In this document: piece after piece, positions 14,201 through 28,597 of the stretch
Layout: each line of letters starts with the position of its first letter
How positions within the stretch are numbered: the stretch's first letter is position 1
Source: Octopus vulgaris
Lineage: Eukaryota
Direction of reading: 5' to 3'
Assembly (NCBI GenBank): GCA_951406725.2
Contig: OX597815.1
Span: forward strand, 21,452,001 to 21,516,000
Length of the DNA stretch: 64,000 nt
The notes under the pieces: model-generated
Told to the model about the DNA's origin: nothing
Databases searched by the model: none
What the model saw: the letters and a program-made list of their open reading frames with translations, nothing else
Made by a program: the position numbers and the translations under genes

Positions 14201-17200
14201 ACTGTGGCCATGCTGGAGCACCGCCTTGAGTCGAGCAAATCAACCTCAGGACTTATTCTTTGTAAGCCTAGTGCTTAATTTATCGGTCTCTTTTGCTGAA
14301 CCACTAAGTTATGGGGACATAAAACACACTAGCATCGGTTGTCAAGCAATGTTGGGGGCTGGGGGTCAAACACAGACACACAAACATATACACACACACA
14401 TACATATATATATATATGTATACATATATATATATATGTATACATATATACGACGGGCTTCTTACAGTTTCTGTCTACCAAATCCACTCACAAGGCTTTG
14501 GTCGGCCTGAAACTATAGTAGAAGACTAACAGTACTACAATATACACCTGTTCATTTTACCCATTGCAGATGGAAACAGAGAGGTCATTCAGCTACAGGA
14601 AAAAAAACTATGCTACATGCACACACATACACTCAGACAGACACACGCAGTGTGTGTCTAATGCTTCTTGTAACATTCATTTTCAAAGGTTAAGGTGTCA
14701 CTAAAAATGTTGTATTGGCAGAAATTACATGTGTGTATAAAAACATTTAAGTGGATACCTATGTGTAATTTCTTTTTAAGAGAAGATAACTGCAATGACC
14801 ATGTGGTAGGTAGATTTAAGACTGTAGTTTTCATGACAGTTGCTCTCCTCCCCTTGACTGTAGCTCTGGAACTCATAGTAGGTGGTGCTAAGGTACAGTT
14901 AAGGTTATTAGCAGGATGGATAAGTTAGCAAACCATTAAGTGATACAATAGATATTGTACAAAAGTTTATGTAGGAGGCAGATATCAGGATGAATAATTT
15001 AGTAGTTCAGATGATCAAAATTCTGTCTATACTCAGTGATTCTTCTATCTTAGTGGCTTAAGTTTGTTTACATGGCAATGATGTGATTGTTTATTTTTAA
15101 AATGACACAATAAGGTAGCTATGAATGACCATATCTGACTAGTTTGAACATAAAATAGGTAGAATATTTTGGCCAGATATGGCCGGTTTAAACACTAAAG
15201 GGTTAATTTACTTGTATATTTTAAGAATTGCTGAAAACTTAAATGCAAGCTTGAAAAATCAAGAGAGAACTCAAAAAAAAAAGGTGATTTTCTGTTCAGT
15301 ATTTAAGCAAGAAGCAGTTCTACTTTGACAGTGTAATCAGTTCAAAATATTTAGGCATTTCAGCTTGGTGAATGGGAAGCACTATTTGTAATTAAATATC
15401 TTATTTTAACAGTTCACATAAAAAGACTTGGTTGCATTGTCAAGTCACTTTGTTATCTAGGTGACCTCAACTGTATTGGTATAGGAGAAGGTTGGAGTTA
15501 GCATGGCTAATTATAGCTGGAAAGAATTTAGTTCTTCTATCTGCTCTCTTTCACTTTTTGTTTTCCTTAATCTTTTATGTCCATTTCTCTATTCTGACAT
15601 GGTTTGAATACTTGCATGACTTGCTAGTGACATATCTTTCATAATACTAGCCATTCAACCTTGAAGTGAGTATATATGTATTTTTAGTCTGACTGATCAT
15701 TGTGAGATATTGTTTGAACTCATTTCTTTACTGAATTTACTGTTTCTACATCATAGATATTTTTTTGTTTTTAATTCTCCTATACTCTCATATAAAGACT
15801 TTGTCATTCACTATCAAATAAATGTACACTGGGGGTTCTACCATTTGGTTTTATCAAAACATTGACACTTTTGTTTATTTCTTCTTGTGTCTGTGATCTA
15901 ATTCAGTGTCTCTTTTAAAATCTTATTTAAAAGTTGTTTCTGCAGTTTGTTTTGGTTTATATATATTCTTTTACATATCGGGGGGGAAACTGTTTTGTTA
16001 TCTAGATTTATGAAAGATTAATATTATTTTATTTTATTATTTATTTCTGAATGTGTCTATAGAAATAATATAGTTTAGTAACATAAATATAGTTTAGCAA
16101 AGAATTAACATTCACTGTTATGAGTAATTCAAATGTATTTAGATTTAAGATTTCCAGTGCACTTGTTAAATTTTTCTACTCTAATAATTTTCTATAGCAG
16201 GTCAAAGTCACTTTCAACACATATCATTAGTATTGTCTTCAAAATTTAGTCTGTGACTTATAAACAATCATAAATTACTGTTTTCTGCCATCTCACAACT
16301 GCCCCACCTCCCACCATAAATAAGGAAGCTATAAAAATGTCACATTTTAGTAATAATAGAAATTAGAGCAAATACATTAAGCAGAATTCTGAGTATTGTG
16401 AAATGTTTTCTCAGTAGTGCTCATGTTCTAAATTTTGCCACACATTTCACAATCATAAGCAGAGCATGCTGCAGGTTTAGCTTTTTCATACATCATCCCT
16501 TGGTGTATAATGCAGGTCATATTTTAATAAGGAATGTTCTAAAAAGTAAGTGTTCACGCAAAGTTGTGGTCTCTATGGCTTTACTGATATTGATGGCGCT
16601 CTGTCAGTATAAATATTGATTAGTTTACTGAAATCTACTTGTAGATTTTCCATCCATGATTTCACTTTGTCAAATGTAACAGATCTTTTTTCTGTCAAAT
16701 AACTCAAGTCTGATATGTTCTCCAAGACTGTCATCAATTTCTCATATTAGAAATGTCTAATTGGGTTCTGTCGCATATCAGTTGATTCATAAGAGAGTTT
16801 TCCAATATGTCTACTAACTGTTTGCTTTCATTGTGTACTTTTGTTACTTTTATCACCAAGACATCTTGAAATTATTTAGAAACAAAGCCTAACAACTTGT
16901 CTATCAGAGAAAGGCTTTTTTTTTTTTTTTGGCCAACATTGATGCTGAAGCAGTTGTATTCTTAACCAAATTGCCAACATAAGTTTCTTTTCTATTTTAG
17001 TCTGATGTTTATGATTGGTCATTTCTGTTAAGTTTATGTTTGCTGTTATTTGAGAAAGTGTTTTCACAAACAGTGCTCAACATTTTTGATGGATACATTA
17101 CAATCTCATTTTCCCGCTGTTCATAGAATTTGTGCTTACTATAATTTTCTACTTTCATTTATATCATTACAGATTAAATAAAAAAATATTGTTACAGATA

Positions 17201-20200
17201 AGTAAAAAAAAGTAGGTTTGGATTTTCTTCAAAAATGATCAAAAGACAAAACTATAGTGTAGGGAGTCAATTATAAACTGATAGGTAAAAAGCTACAGTG
17301 GATCAGTACTGGCTGGTCAACTAGATCCCTGCTCCACAACTGGTATTCCATGGCACACTGGTATGTCACGAGATGATGCTAGGTGTGCCACCATGTATAT
17401 AATTCGTTTCCCTGTACTTTGAGTTATATTTTTAGTTCAGGTATACTGCTAAATTTTGAAAAGAATATAAATATACTGCAAATGAAAAATGGTTGTGGGG
17501 GATTGACCTAGATCAAATGTGTATTGAACAGTTATGGATGAGGGTGCAATGAGTCATTTCTGATCATCCAAAAGTGGTTCATGCACCATAAGTTGGTCTG
17601 GCATCCTTATAAATCCAAGCTATTAAAATTATTTATTTCATGAATTTTCAGCTGAACAAACTGAAATATAAAGTTTTGAATGTGAAGTGGTTGGTGTTTG
17701 GAAGGGCATTCAGCTGTGAAACCAAAACTGACCTCACCTGTGCTGATACCACATAAAAAGCATTCAGTCCACTCTGTGGGGTGAGTGGTGTCAGGAAGAG
17801 CATCCAACCGTAAAAACCATGCTAAAACAGACACTGAAGCCTGGTGCAGTTTTCTGCCTAGTCAGCTTTTGTCAAACCATCCAACCCATGCCATCATGGA
17901 AAGCAGATATTAAATGATGATGACGATGTAGAATTTTTGCGTTGGTGATATATTATACAATTATTTCAATTCTTGATCATTCCTATTTCAAAGTTTGTGG
18001 GATAAAATTTTTTGTTTTCAAATTTCTTTTTTATTGTTAATAAAATATTACACATTTACTCTGCAAATAAAAATTTTAAATAATATTTAGTGATGCATAT
18101 ACTTTACAGATGGAAAACATGCCAAATTTACCATAATGTATTTGATATGATGATAACATTACTAATAAATTATTGGCTCTTGGTGTAATTTACTTAACAC
18201 TTAAATTCTGATTTTAATAATGGTGATGTAATTACCCACATTGAGTTTACCACCTATGAATTTACAGTGAACTGCAATGAATATCAATTGCTTGATTTTG
18301 CAGTCAGAAGTATTTTTATCTGTGAACGATTAGTACTGTTGACTTTCAGGTTTGTTGAAAGTATCAGTGATCTGAATAAAGTTAAGAGTAGCAGTTAGAA
18401 GTAAACTAGGAAATGAATCTAGGTCACATAATCAGTTTGCTTAAGAGTTTTAGTGTGTAATGGTTTGTTGCATTCATTTAAATAGGTTTGGGTTTTTTTT
18501 TGGTTTTACTTTGTCATCTTGTACGATGAGGATGCGGCATCTTTCCATGTACGTTTTGATTTTTCCTTTGAACTCAAACATTCAATATGTAGCGATATAA
18601 ACAATGTAGTAATTATATCATTTATTATATTATTAATTAATATACTAAATCATGATTTATCATCATCATCATCATCATCGTTTAGCGTCCGCTTTCCATG
18701 CTAGCATGGGTTCAACTGGAGTCTGGGAAGCCAGAAGGCTGCACCAGGCCCAGTCTGATCTGGCAATGTTTCTACGGCTGGATGCCCTTCCTAATGCCAA
18801 CCACTCCGTGAGTGTAGTGGATGCTTTTTACGTGCCAGGCGAGGCTGGCAACGGCCACGATTGGATGGTGCTTTTTACGTGCCACCGGCATCACAGCTAC
18901 AATTTCCATTGATGTTGATCGATTTTGATTTTGATTTATATTATGATTTATATTATGTAATATTACAAATATAATAAAAATGAAACAATAGAAATTGAAG
19001 AAACTCGTGATGATCTGTATCATCAAGTAGTACATACAATAAGCTTACAAGATGGTATAAGTTAGTTTGTTGTAAAGAAGGCTAGAGCTGGTGTTTCAAG
19101 CAATGTTCATCAGAGAATAAAGAGCTCTGAAGCATCAGACTTATCCATTTTATGACTCTGTGTGTGTGTTACATATTCTTGCACAAACATTTTGCAGGTA
19201 TGGCAGAATAGTGATGATATTTTGCAGTCATGAGGGACAAAGGGCAGATGTCTTCTATCATAGCCAGAGATTGACTCCAGCTTTGTGAGTAAAATTAGGT
19301 AAATGGGAACTGTATGGAAAGTTTATTCAGTGGACTTAATGATTATTTTAAGGATACATATGTTTAGAATAAGGTCGTGAACTGCAGAATTGTTAGTCTG
19401 CTGGGAAAATGCTTAGCAGTACTTTTACATTCTAAGTTCAAATTCCACCAAGGTCGACTTATTTTATCGACCCCGAAAGAATGAAAAACTAAGTACTAGT
19501 TGAGCACTGGGGTCAATGTAATCGACTTAACTACTGGCTATAAGTATAAAAATTGCACCTCTCTGCTAAGCCATGTTGAGTCAGCATGACAGAGTAAACC
19601 CATCTAACCAGTATAATCTCAAACTTAAATTCATAGCCTTCACATCAGAATGTGGTTGGAGGAGAGAAGCTGCTGAGGCCCTGATTCTGCAATTGTCTGA
19701 ACATGGGCAATTCAATCCAATCCCAATGTCTGGAATACTCAGCTACCTATACTATAACTCAAAATTCCTTTAACTGATCTACTACTAAAAGATTTGTTCA
19801 TTGAAATCTATGCAAAATCCATCATATATATATGTATGTATGCATGTTTGTTCATGTTTATATATAGAGAGATTCCTTTACATTGTAAGGTGGCCTTTCT
19901 AAATTCTAGTAAATTCATTCATTCTCTCTGTTAGTATTTGATGATAATAAAGATATTAAGTAACCCATTCCTTACTAAACCAAATATACTGCCTAATTGT
20001 ATAGTACATTTGAGCCAACTATGTAGTTGTGTTAGCTGCTAGAAATAACAGCCAGATATTCCTTCTTACTTAAAAAGGATACTTTAGTTGATGTAATTCC
20101 ACTATGTCTGAAAGTGATGAAATGGTTATGGCTGACAGAATCATTAATCTGTTCAGTCAAGACTGAGCCGAGGCTAAACAACTATACAGTGACACCACCT

Positions 20201-20598
20201 GCATTAGTGTTTGGTGTCAGATGTGGGTACTACTCAGCTGTCATCAAGCGACCTGATTATCTCTTTTCTCATAAAATGCATTTACAGAACATGTTATGCT
20301 AGAACTGAACATGGTAAGGATGGTGTAAAGCATAAGCAACACTAAACTACCATCAAGTAATCCCACAGCCTCACCTCCTTGTAGGTTTTGAGTTTCATGA
20401 TGTCTGCTACTGTCAATTTCTGACTTAATAATGAAAGGTGGGTTTGATGATGTTGAAATGTTAGTGCAAGAGGTGGTTGGACGTGTCTTGTCTGAAAAAA
20501 GTGAGAATTGATTTAAATGGGATCATCACAAGCAAAGGTTAAGTTTAAGTTTGTTGGTAGTGTAGGTAGATGTAAACACGGGATAATAAAACTCGTAA

Positions 20599-21912
20599 TA
20601 TGAGGTGGTATCAAAAGATTCCAGGACCAGTTCATCATCATCGTTTAGCGTCCGCTTTCCATGCTAGCATGGGTTGGACGGTTCAACTGGGGTCCGGGAA
20701 GCCAGAAGGCTGCACCAGGTCCAGTCTGATCTGGCAGTGTTTCTACGGCTGGATGCCCTTCCTAACGCCAACCACTCCGTGAGTGTAGTGGGTGCTTTTT
20801 ACGTGCCAGACAAGGCTGGCAAACGGCCATGATTGGATGGTGCTTTTTACGTGCCACTGGCACGGGGGCCAGGCGAGGTTGGCAATGGCCATGATTGGAT
20901 GGTGCTTTTTATGTGCCACCGGCACTAGGCCAGTCGGGGTGGCGCTGGCAACGGCCACGTTCGGAAGGTTCTCTTACATACCACCGGCACTGGTATCACA
21001 ACTGCAATTTCCATTGATGTTGATCGATTTTGATTTTTATTTTCACGTTTAATAAAAAATAACTTATTTATCTAAGTTTCCTAACATCATTTTTGAAATA
21101 GTCACCTTTGTGCAGCAATACACCAGTCTCAGCTTTCCTGCTACTTTTGGAATCCAGTCTGGAAGTTGTTTTCTGTAAGCGGGTTGAGGACCTTCCGAAA
21201 TTTGCTCTGGATCTTGACAGCAGTGTTAATATGGTGACCTTTGAGCTGCATTTTCATCTTGGGGTAGAGATGGAAGTCTGCAGGTGTTAAATCTGGTGAA
21301 TAGGGCAGGTGCAGAAGTGATACCTTGTTGTTTTTGGCAAGAAACTCAAGAGTGAGGAGAGATCGGTGACAGGGTGCATTGTTGTATTAAGAATCCAATT
21401 CTTCACACTACACAGATCTGGTCACTTTTACCAAATGTTCTCCCTCAAACACTTCAAAACGTTGCAGTAGAACTCTTGATTGACAGCCTGTCTCTGGGGG
21501 ACGAGTTCTTGATGCGCAATACCACACTTTCGGGGGTGATGCTTATAGTAGGTCTTCCAGATTGCTCATTGTCTTCCATGGACGTTCTTGTGCTTTTGAA
21601 GTGCCCATGCCACTTGATACATTGCATATGACCCGTTGCCTCATCGCCATAAGCTTGCCAAAGCATGCTCAATGTCTCTGTAGCAGACTTCTCAAGTTAA
21701 CGCAAAATTTCACGTTGGCTTTTTGTTGCTGTCCATGACAAATCGTAGATTACAGCATATACATGATCAGAAAAACACAAATTTTGCAACTTGTGAAGTA
21801 TACACAACGATGTCACTTGGTACACTGTGTCATGAAGGTCAATGCTAGTTCTCACTGCATATCAACCATGTACTGCAGAACTTTTCTGGGAACTTTTTGA
21901 TACTGCCACATA
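20599..21912 (-). mobile_element. Internally deleted mariner element interrupted by an RTE tail (20633-21047)
   Basis: TIR-like ends tatgaggtggtatcaaaag / ctttttgatactgccacata with TA. MLWQAYGDEA...FKSTRTSMEDNEQSGRP is a mariner helix-turn-helix remnant. Confidence 0.85.
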
Positions 21913-22069
21913 GACAATATACTGGATATTTAGCTACTTATGCTCTGCAGATGGGATTATTGGATGAAAGAAAGGATCAGTTGTATGAAATATAATGCAC
22001 GACACATTAAAAGTAGATGTTAATAATATTGTTATCATTAGCTGCAGAGTTAAACCTTTTTATAGAATC

Positions 22070-22664
22070 ACTTGAGGCCACCTCTCGTTTTATGATACAA
22101 ATTCCGTTTTAAAGTTAACGTGATCTACATTGGACTGGAAGCACTCTGTCGGTTACGACGACGAGGGTTCCGGTTGATCCGAATCAACGGAACAGCCTGC
22201 TCGTGAAATTAACGTGTAAGTGGCTGAGCACTCCACAGACACGTGCACCCTTAACGTAGTTCTCAGGGATATTCAACGTGACACAGAGTGACAAGGCCGG
22301 CCCCTTGAAATACAGGTACAACAGAAACAGGAAGTAAGAGTGAGAGAAAGTTGTGGTGAAAGAGTACAGCAGGGATCACCACCATCCCCTGCCGGAGCCT
22401 CGTGGAGCTTTTAGGTGTTTTCGCTCGATAAACACTCACAACGCCCGGTCTGGGAATCGAAACCGCGATCCTATGACCGCGAGTCCGCTGCCCTAACCAC
22501 TGGGCCATTGCGCCTCCACGATCTACATTATAACCTTTCTCTTTAATATCTTCCAAACACCAGCTTAATAACAATAGTTATTTTACTAAATTCTTCATTA
22601 TATTCAAAGTTAATTGAAACAAAAGTAGTGTATTTCAACAGAAACCTGGTAACAAAGGGGTTAA
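22070..22664. mobile_element. Decayed TTAA-flanked piggyBac-type MITE interrupted by a SINE
   Basis: ttaaaccttt ... gtaacaaaggggttaa; the right end resembles that of 59287-60320. Confidence 0.6.
22132..22519 (-). mobile_element. Full-length tRNA-derived SINE with 10-bp TSD
   Basis: Minus-strand head ggaggcgcaaTGGCCCAGTGG (A box) ... GGTTTCGATTCC (B box). TSD gatctacatt at 22122-22131 and 22520-22529. Confidence 0.9.
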
Positions 22665-23129
22665 TAGTTATATTGTTGAGTAATATTATGTTGAATACAG
22701 AAGCATGCAGTGAGGTGATGGCAAAAGTGCAAGTTATTGATAAAGAAACAAAGACTCCCCGTAGTTATGTGATATACATGATATTACCATCTGTTACACT
22801 GATATTAGCCAACCAGTTAGTAATCAACTATTTTGGTAGAAAGGAGGACCAAATTGACTTTCAGTTTGACCAGGAGGAGAGAGAAAGAAATGGTTGTGAA
22901 GCCCAAATACTCTGCCTTGTGAAAAATGTGATGATTCACTGCATAGATTAGTTGGTTGTTGAATTTAGATTGATAAACAAAGAGGGTTTTCATATACTGA
23001 CATTTAATTAGAATTGTTGCACACTACTGGAGTAGTGAACTAGTGTAGTAGTTAGGGATATAAAAGTTAATCATTTTGTCTGTAGCCACCTTCTACCAGT
23101 TTTTCTTCAATCATGCTTAAGTTCTGAAC

Positions 23130-23760
23130 AAGATCTTGGGAACATTTATATGCTGATGATCTGATTCTCATTGCAGAGTCTGTCAAAGAGCTACAGAAAA
23201 AACCAAAAAAAAAACCAATTTAAACTTGGATGAGTAGTGTGGAGCTGGAAAGCTTAAAAGTTAATGTAACAAAGGCATGTCTACTTGTTACTAACAAATG
23301 CCACAATAATTCAGTAACATCTGGGAAGTGACTTTGCTAAATATATTGAAATATTGAAGGGAGTTTGTTATAGATTTAATAATCAGTATTTTAAGCTAGC
23401 AATGGGCACAGAAGTATTGACAGAGGACCAGGGCATTAGAAATGCCAGATGCACTGAAGTAGTTGGCAAGCAGAAGTAACCTTGAAATGAAAAGTATAGA
23501 CTGCTCAAATGGTTCACTAGATGTAGTAGACAGCTTCTGCAATCTATGTAATATAATTAGTTCTGGAAGTGGTTGTAAGTGCAAGAATAGTAGTTAGAGT
23601 AAGAATGGGATAGAAGCAGTTTTAAGTGTTAATTTTGCTGGCAATAAAGCTTTTCTCTCTTTGTGAAGTATGGCAAACTACATGAAGCATGTACAAGAAG
23701 TGTAATGTTGTATGGCAGCGTGAGACATATTTAGTGTGGAAGATTGGCAGAGGCAGAAGG
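23130..23760 (+). mobile_element. Highly decayed RTE RT fragment
   Basis: WEHLYADDLILIAESVKELQK, LKVNVTK and VVDSFCNL remnants, colinear with the young LINE. Confidence 0.8.
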
Positions 23761-24959
23761 GCAGTTACTGGTTAAGTACGAGCTGCTGAATTGCATAACA
23801 TCGACTTACATAAAGGATGGTATGGAAGTGAGCTGAGAAAGCTGCTGGCCAATTAACAAGTAGATCACTACTGTTGATGAATATGAACCTTGTGTTGAAT
23901 GTAGGAGGTAGCTGTGGGAAAGGAAAACACGAGAAAATAGTAGTGTGGTCGTGTCTAAGGATCTTTTGGTTTCAGTGATGAAGTGGCGTATGTTTGAGGG
24001 TAGCATTTGTGGTACAATGTACTGCAAACCTGTCTGACATGGCAAGCATTGCTGGAGCTGTCATATGTCAGACAGGAAAAAAAAAAAACCTGATTACCTA
24101 TTTTGAATATCTCTGTTTATAAAAGAACAATCAAAATAAATCTATTATTTGTCATTGGAAATGTTAAGATATAGTGGTGTCCCTGCATAGCCAGAACTTG
24201 TACAAGCCCAAACCAATTATATTTTTATAAATAATTTCTTAAGCTATTAACTTCACTTAAACATTGGTTATTTGGTATCAAAAGTATTGTGACTTGGTCA
24301 CTGATGTGGTTCCATTGCAAAGAACATTTTCATGTGTTTAATGGTCTTACATAAGATTTTATTTTGAATTAGGATGATTTTATTTCACTTGATATGACAC
24401 AAGGTATTTCATGTAAATTATGGTATTAGTTGTAATTTTTCATAATCTATTAGTATTAGATAAGGTATTTAGGTACAAAAATGCACACACCAAACAAATT
24501 GATTGTAGAATCACTTAGTATAGTATAGTAAAAAAAAGAAAAAAGGAAAAACCAATTCATGCAAAATTTAAAATATAGTCTTTTTAATCACACATCATCC
24601 CTAATAGACCTTTGGTCAAAGGCATTCCAGTTATGATCATGTAATGTGACCTTCCATTTATTAAGACAATAGGGTACTGTTTAAAGATTTGTTTACTATT
24701 TTTAGCAGGTTTAACAGCAGTATGGGGGATCCCTTGTTAAATTACACATTCAGTTAAATTGAATTTATAATGTTTATTTACATCTTGTTACATGTATTGA
24801 AATGCTATTATATAATGGAACAGTCACACGTCTGGTTTTGATATCAACTTCTAATTTATTTAAATATTTTGTTTTTGATACTCTTATTCCTTTTGCATCT
24901 TATTTAATCCATAGTATGATTTTTGCTTCTTGAAAATAATATATATTTGATAGCTACTA

Positions 24960-25425
24960 AGATACAGTCTCCAGCAGCTTCACATAGCTGTCTGAATTGG
25001 GTCCAAGGCATTGTTCAAAGATGTGGGCATGATTTCTGCTGTGCAGATGCAGTCAGAAAGCCTGCTGTGTCCCTTCCTGTGGACCACAGTATTGTAGTCT
25101 CTATTACAGCTGTCTATATCATGTCTTACAACTTCTACAATGTTCACAGAGCATTGAGCAGAAGTCATGTTGTTGGCATTTTAATGCCTGGTATGAATCA
25201 TCATGATACAGTTAACTCTTTTCCAATATTCAGATAACTTCCAGTTTTCCGTGTCAGCTAAGTTTTTCTCAACTGCAACTTCAATCTTTATGCTCTCCAA
25301 TGCCATTGACCGTTCTTGAAAAAAGGTAACATAAAATGTCAAATTTAGACCAAACATTCTGTGTGTGTGTGTGCATGCACACACTCACCTGTAATAAGTC
25401 AAGTTTTGATAAAACTGCCCCCTTT
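24960..25425 (-). mobile_element. Tc1/mariner-superfamily 5' remnant
   Basis: KLSEYWKRVNCIMMIH...VVHRKGHSRLSDCICT resembles N-termini of invertebrate Tc1/mariner-like transposases (from memory); frameshifted. Confidence 0.45.
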
Positions 25426-26608
25426 TTTCTTTCAAGCGAAATAGTGTAATGTTAAAGAACTGAGCACATCAGAATGAGGAAGGCTATAGATGTTAAGCAA
25501 AGAATAAGGTTTTAATATTTCCCAAAACGAATTCATGCATTTTAAATTCACGTTTCTTAACCCTTTAGTATCCAGATTATTCTGTCAAGATTCTGTGCTT
25601 AGAATGACATTGTAGGTTAGATGTAAGAGGCCAGATCTAGATGGTTTGAGCATAAAACAGATGGAATATTTGGGCTTGATATGACCAGTTTAAATGCTAT
25701 AGGGTTAAAGTCATCAAATATGGTGTTTGTTTATTTTCACAAATGCTTAGCAGTAGCCAGGTTTCAGTATTTCAAATATTTGTTTTTGGTGTGTAGCACT
25801 TAGCTTGCTATTCTGAAATGAACCATGAGTTTGTTGTTAAAGTGCATCTCCCAAGTTTATCTGTTACTTGCTTCTTGTACATGTGTTCTTTTTTTTTTTC
25901 CTTTTTTTTCTGAGACCTGTAGTGAAGTAGCTGAATGAATTAGCTTTAAAGAATTGAATTTCATACTTTATTGAAGTGGATATACCATTAATATATGAGG
26001 ATAAATTCATACAGCTACATACTACAAACCCACATAAATTGTGCTTCATTGCGTATTTGAAAGAAATCTGTATAATTGGCCATACATTGTCTATTCATAA
26101 AAAATAATTAGTTGATAAGGATTAATTTGTGTTGCTTTAATCTATTACTGGACATGCAGATCTATTTTCTGTTCCAGAAATTGTGTATTTTGGCATACAT
26201 GTGTCTATGAATGTTTATTTGTAAGAAATAATGCTTTGAATTATTCTCAAATTAGGATGATTAAAATATTACTTGTGGAGACATGTATTTGTATTATAAT
26301 AAATAATTCCACAAAGTGAACTCCAAATGAGCCAAATAAGATGACATTGCTTTCATCATTCTAGGGATGATAGTGAAGTATTTCGGTTGGTATAATCAAC
26401 TAAACACGCTACCAAAATTTATGGCCTCATGCCTGTATTGAATCATTATTAATAATTTGCATAACGACAGAGGGCTGACGGACTTGTAAGAGCACGAGAA
26501 AAATGCTTTGCAACATTTATTCTTGCTCCTTACATTTTGAGTTCAAACTCTGTTGAAGTCAACTTTACCTTTCATTCTTCCATGGTTGATAAAATAAAAT
26601 GCTATTAA

Positions 26609-26828
26609 CCCTTTAGCATTCAGATCATCCTGTTAAATGTAATGCTCATCTATTCACATTGTTTCAGATTCGTCATGAATTATCTTGTCACTTCAAGATT
26701 CTGATGACATGATAGTTTATTTTTAGAATGACATTGCAGGACAGGTGTGAGGGGCCAGATTTGGTCAATTTGAACACAAAGCAGGTAGAATATTTTGGCC
26801 GGATATGACTGGTTTAAATGCAATAGGG
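26609..26828. mobile_element. TTAA-flanked piggyBac-type MITE; related copies at 25561-25704 and about 15090-15202
   Basis: ttaa-ccctttagcatt ... aatgcaataggg-ttaa; shared internal ggtagaatattttggcc motif. Confidence 0.75.
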
Positions 26829-27279
26829 TTAACGTACTTGGTCCATCTAATTGACTGTGCCTCTTTCTTCTCAAAATTCTGGTCTTATGTCTAAGACAGA
26901 AATTATCTCTAGTTGATTTCAGAATCTAGTACTTTGTAGGTATTAGTATAACTTTTTATATTATTGTAATGTAATTTGTTTGGCATGAAAAAAAATTATG
27001 ATGAAAGGGTGTTAAATTCCTTTTTAGATTTTAGAGCCTCGATCAAAATGTTGGTTCAGGTAAATGAGTTCTTACACAAGGTTCTAAAATTTTAAAAGAA
27101 TTTTGCACATTTCTCTGCTAGTTTCTAACACATACCTACAATCACTCTTTTTTGCTAATTTTTTTCACACATGTACTCTCTCTTTCTCTCTCTCTCACTC
27201 ACCTGTACTTGCTCTCTTAAAGTACTCTTTCATGTACTTTCTCTTTTGAATGTATTCACATATTCTCTCTCTTTCACAT

Positions 27280-27360
27280 GTACTCTATCTCTCAGTTTCT
27301 CTCCCACACACACACTCTCTCTCCCACACACACACACACTCTCTCTCCCACACACACACA

Positions 27361-27396
<36 letters not shown>

Positions 27397-27450
27397 CTCT
27401 CTCTCTCTCACACAGACTCTCTCTCACACACACTCTCCCTCACACATCCT
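27280..27450. repeat. Compound (CT)n/(CA)n microsatellite just upstream of the first identified exon
   Basis: Directly visible; representative of very many (TA)n, (CA)n and (CAT)n tracts, densest in 1-14.5 kb. Confidence 0.95.
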
Positions 27451-27505
27451 CTCATTCATATTCTCTTACTCATTTGAAATTATTTATTTTATGTTTTGCT
27501 TTTAG

Positions 27506-27644
27506 GAAATCCAGAAGGAAAATCGGACATTACCGGTGCTGCTAAGTAACAGGGGACTAAATTCTTATATGGATAAGGATAAGTGCCTTTTGTGTAGTTG
27601 TGAGAAGCAAGCGTCTTTGCCTCAAGCTGATTGGATGAAATCTG
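27506..27644 (+). CDS. FAM193A: FAM193A-like coding exon (first identified): EIQKENRTLPVLLSNRGLNSYMDKDKCLLCSCEKQASLPQADWMKS
   Basis: Polypyrimidine ttttgcttttag acceptor, G|gtaagt donor, open frame. CLLC motif resembles the N-terminal CLLCxxE motif of FAM193 proteins (from memory). Ends in phase 1. Confidence 0.75.
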
Positions 27645-28332
27645 GTAAGTAACATTGTTTGATCAAGTGTCATTTCAAGAAGGTGAGAATAGTTTTATGA
27701 ATGACGCCTATTGTTTTTATCCTCCTTTTTTTTTTTCTTTATATCTGTTTCTCCACTTCTTTTGCAAGATTTTGATCTACCTATTGTTTAGCTTTAGGTC
27801 AGTTCTGAAGTCTGTAACAAAAGGCATTTCAAATGTGATCATCCCATCTTTTTAGAGGCATTGAGGATTAAATTATCTGATTTTTTTTCTCAGCCATTAT
27901 AATGTGAATTGAGATAGATTTGTTTGCTATTTCTTGCAGGTTGAGTGGCTGCATAGAAACATCCTTGTTGGCTCATTTAATTCATTTACTGTAGTTTCTA
28001 GTGTTCAAAAAGTATATTTTTCTATTTTCCTGTTATTAACAACATACAACCACTGGAATTGGGGAAAATATCAGACAAAATGTAGCTAAGATGTCATTGT
28101 TTTGTGCATTTGAACAGGGCTGTTTTACTTGTTCCTGTTCTTTGACTAAACAAAAAAACTTTATAGTTGAGTGGTTAGTTGTAGAAAAAGGCATCAAGTG
28201 GAAAAGGCTATTATTTCAAAGTATGATGGTATGAATATGATCTATAGTGAACCAGTTAGATAAAAGCATTAGGTAAACCAACCTTAAATTCCACCCTTTC
28301 TTAAAAATGGAGTTTTATATATATATATATAT

Positions 28333-28597
28333 CATGTGATCACGTGACTGACCAGACCATCAGATGTTTTACACATCGCTGGTCACAATGCGTTCGCATT
28401 GTTTTGGCCTTCGAATGACGCCAACAGAAGAAAGAGAGAGAGAAAGAGTACAGCAGGGATCACCACCCCCTGCCGGAGCCTCGTGGAGCTTTTAGGTGTT
28501 TTCACTCAATAAACACTCACAATGCCCGGTCTGGGAATCGAAACCGCGATCCTTCGACTGCGAGTCCACTGCCCTAACCACTAGGCCATTGCGCCTC

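Noticed and set aside
327-14510. Many short ORFs rich in YIYI, HTHT or CVCV
   Set aside because: Translations of (TA)n and (CA)n microsatellites, not genes.
22440-22519. tRNA gene candidate (also about 28520-28600)
   Set aside because: The A and B boxes belong to a SINE head that continues into body and tail, with a TSD.
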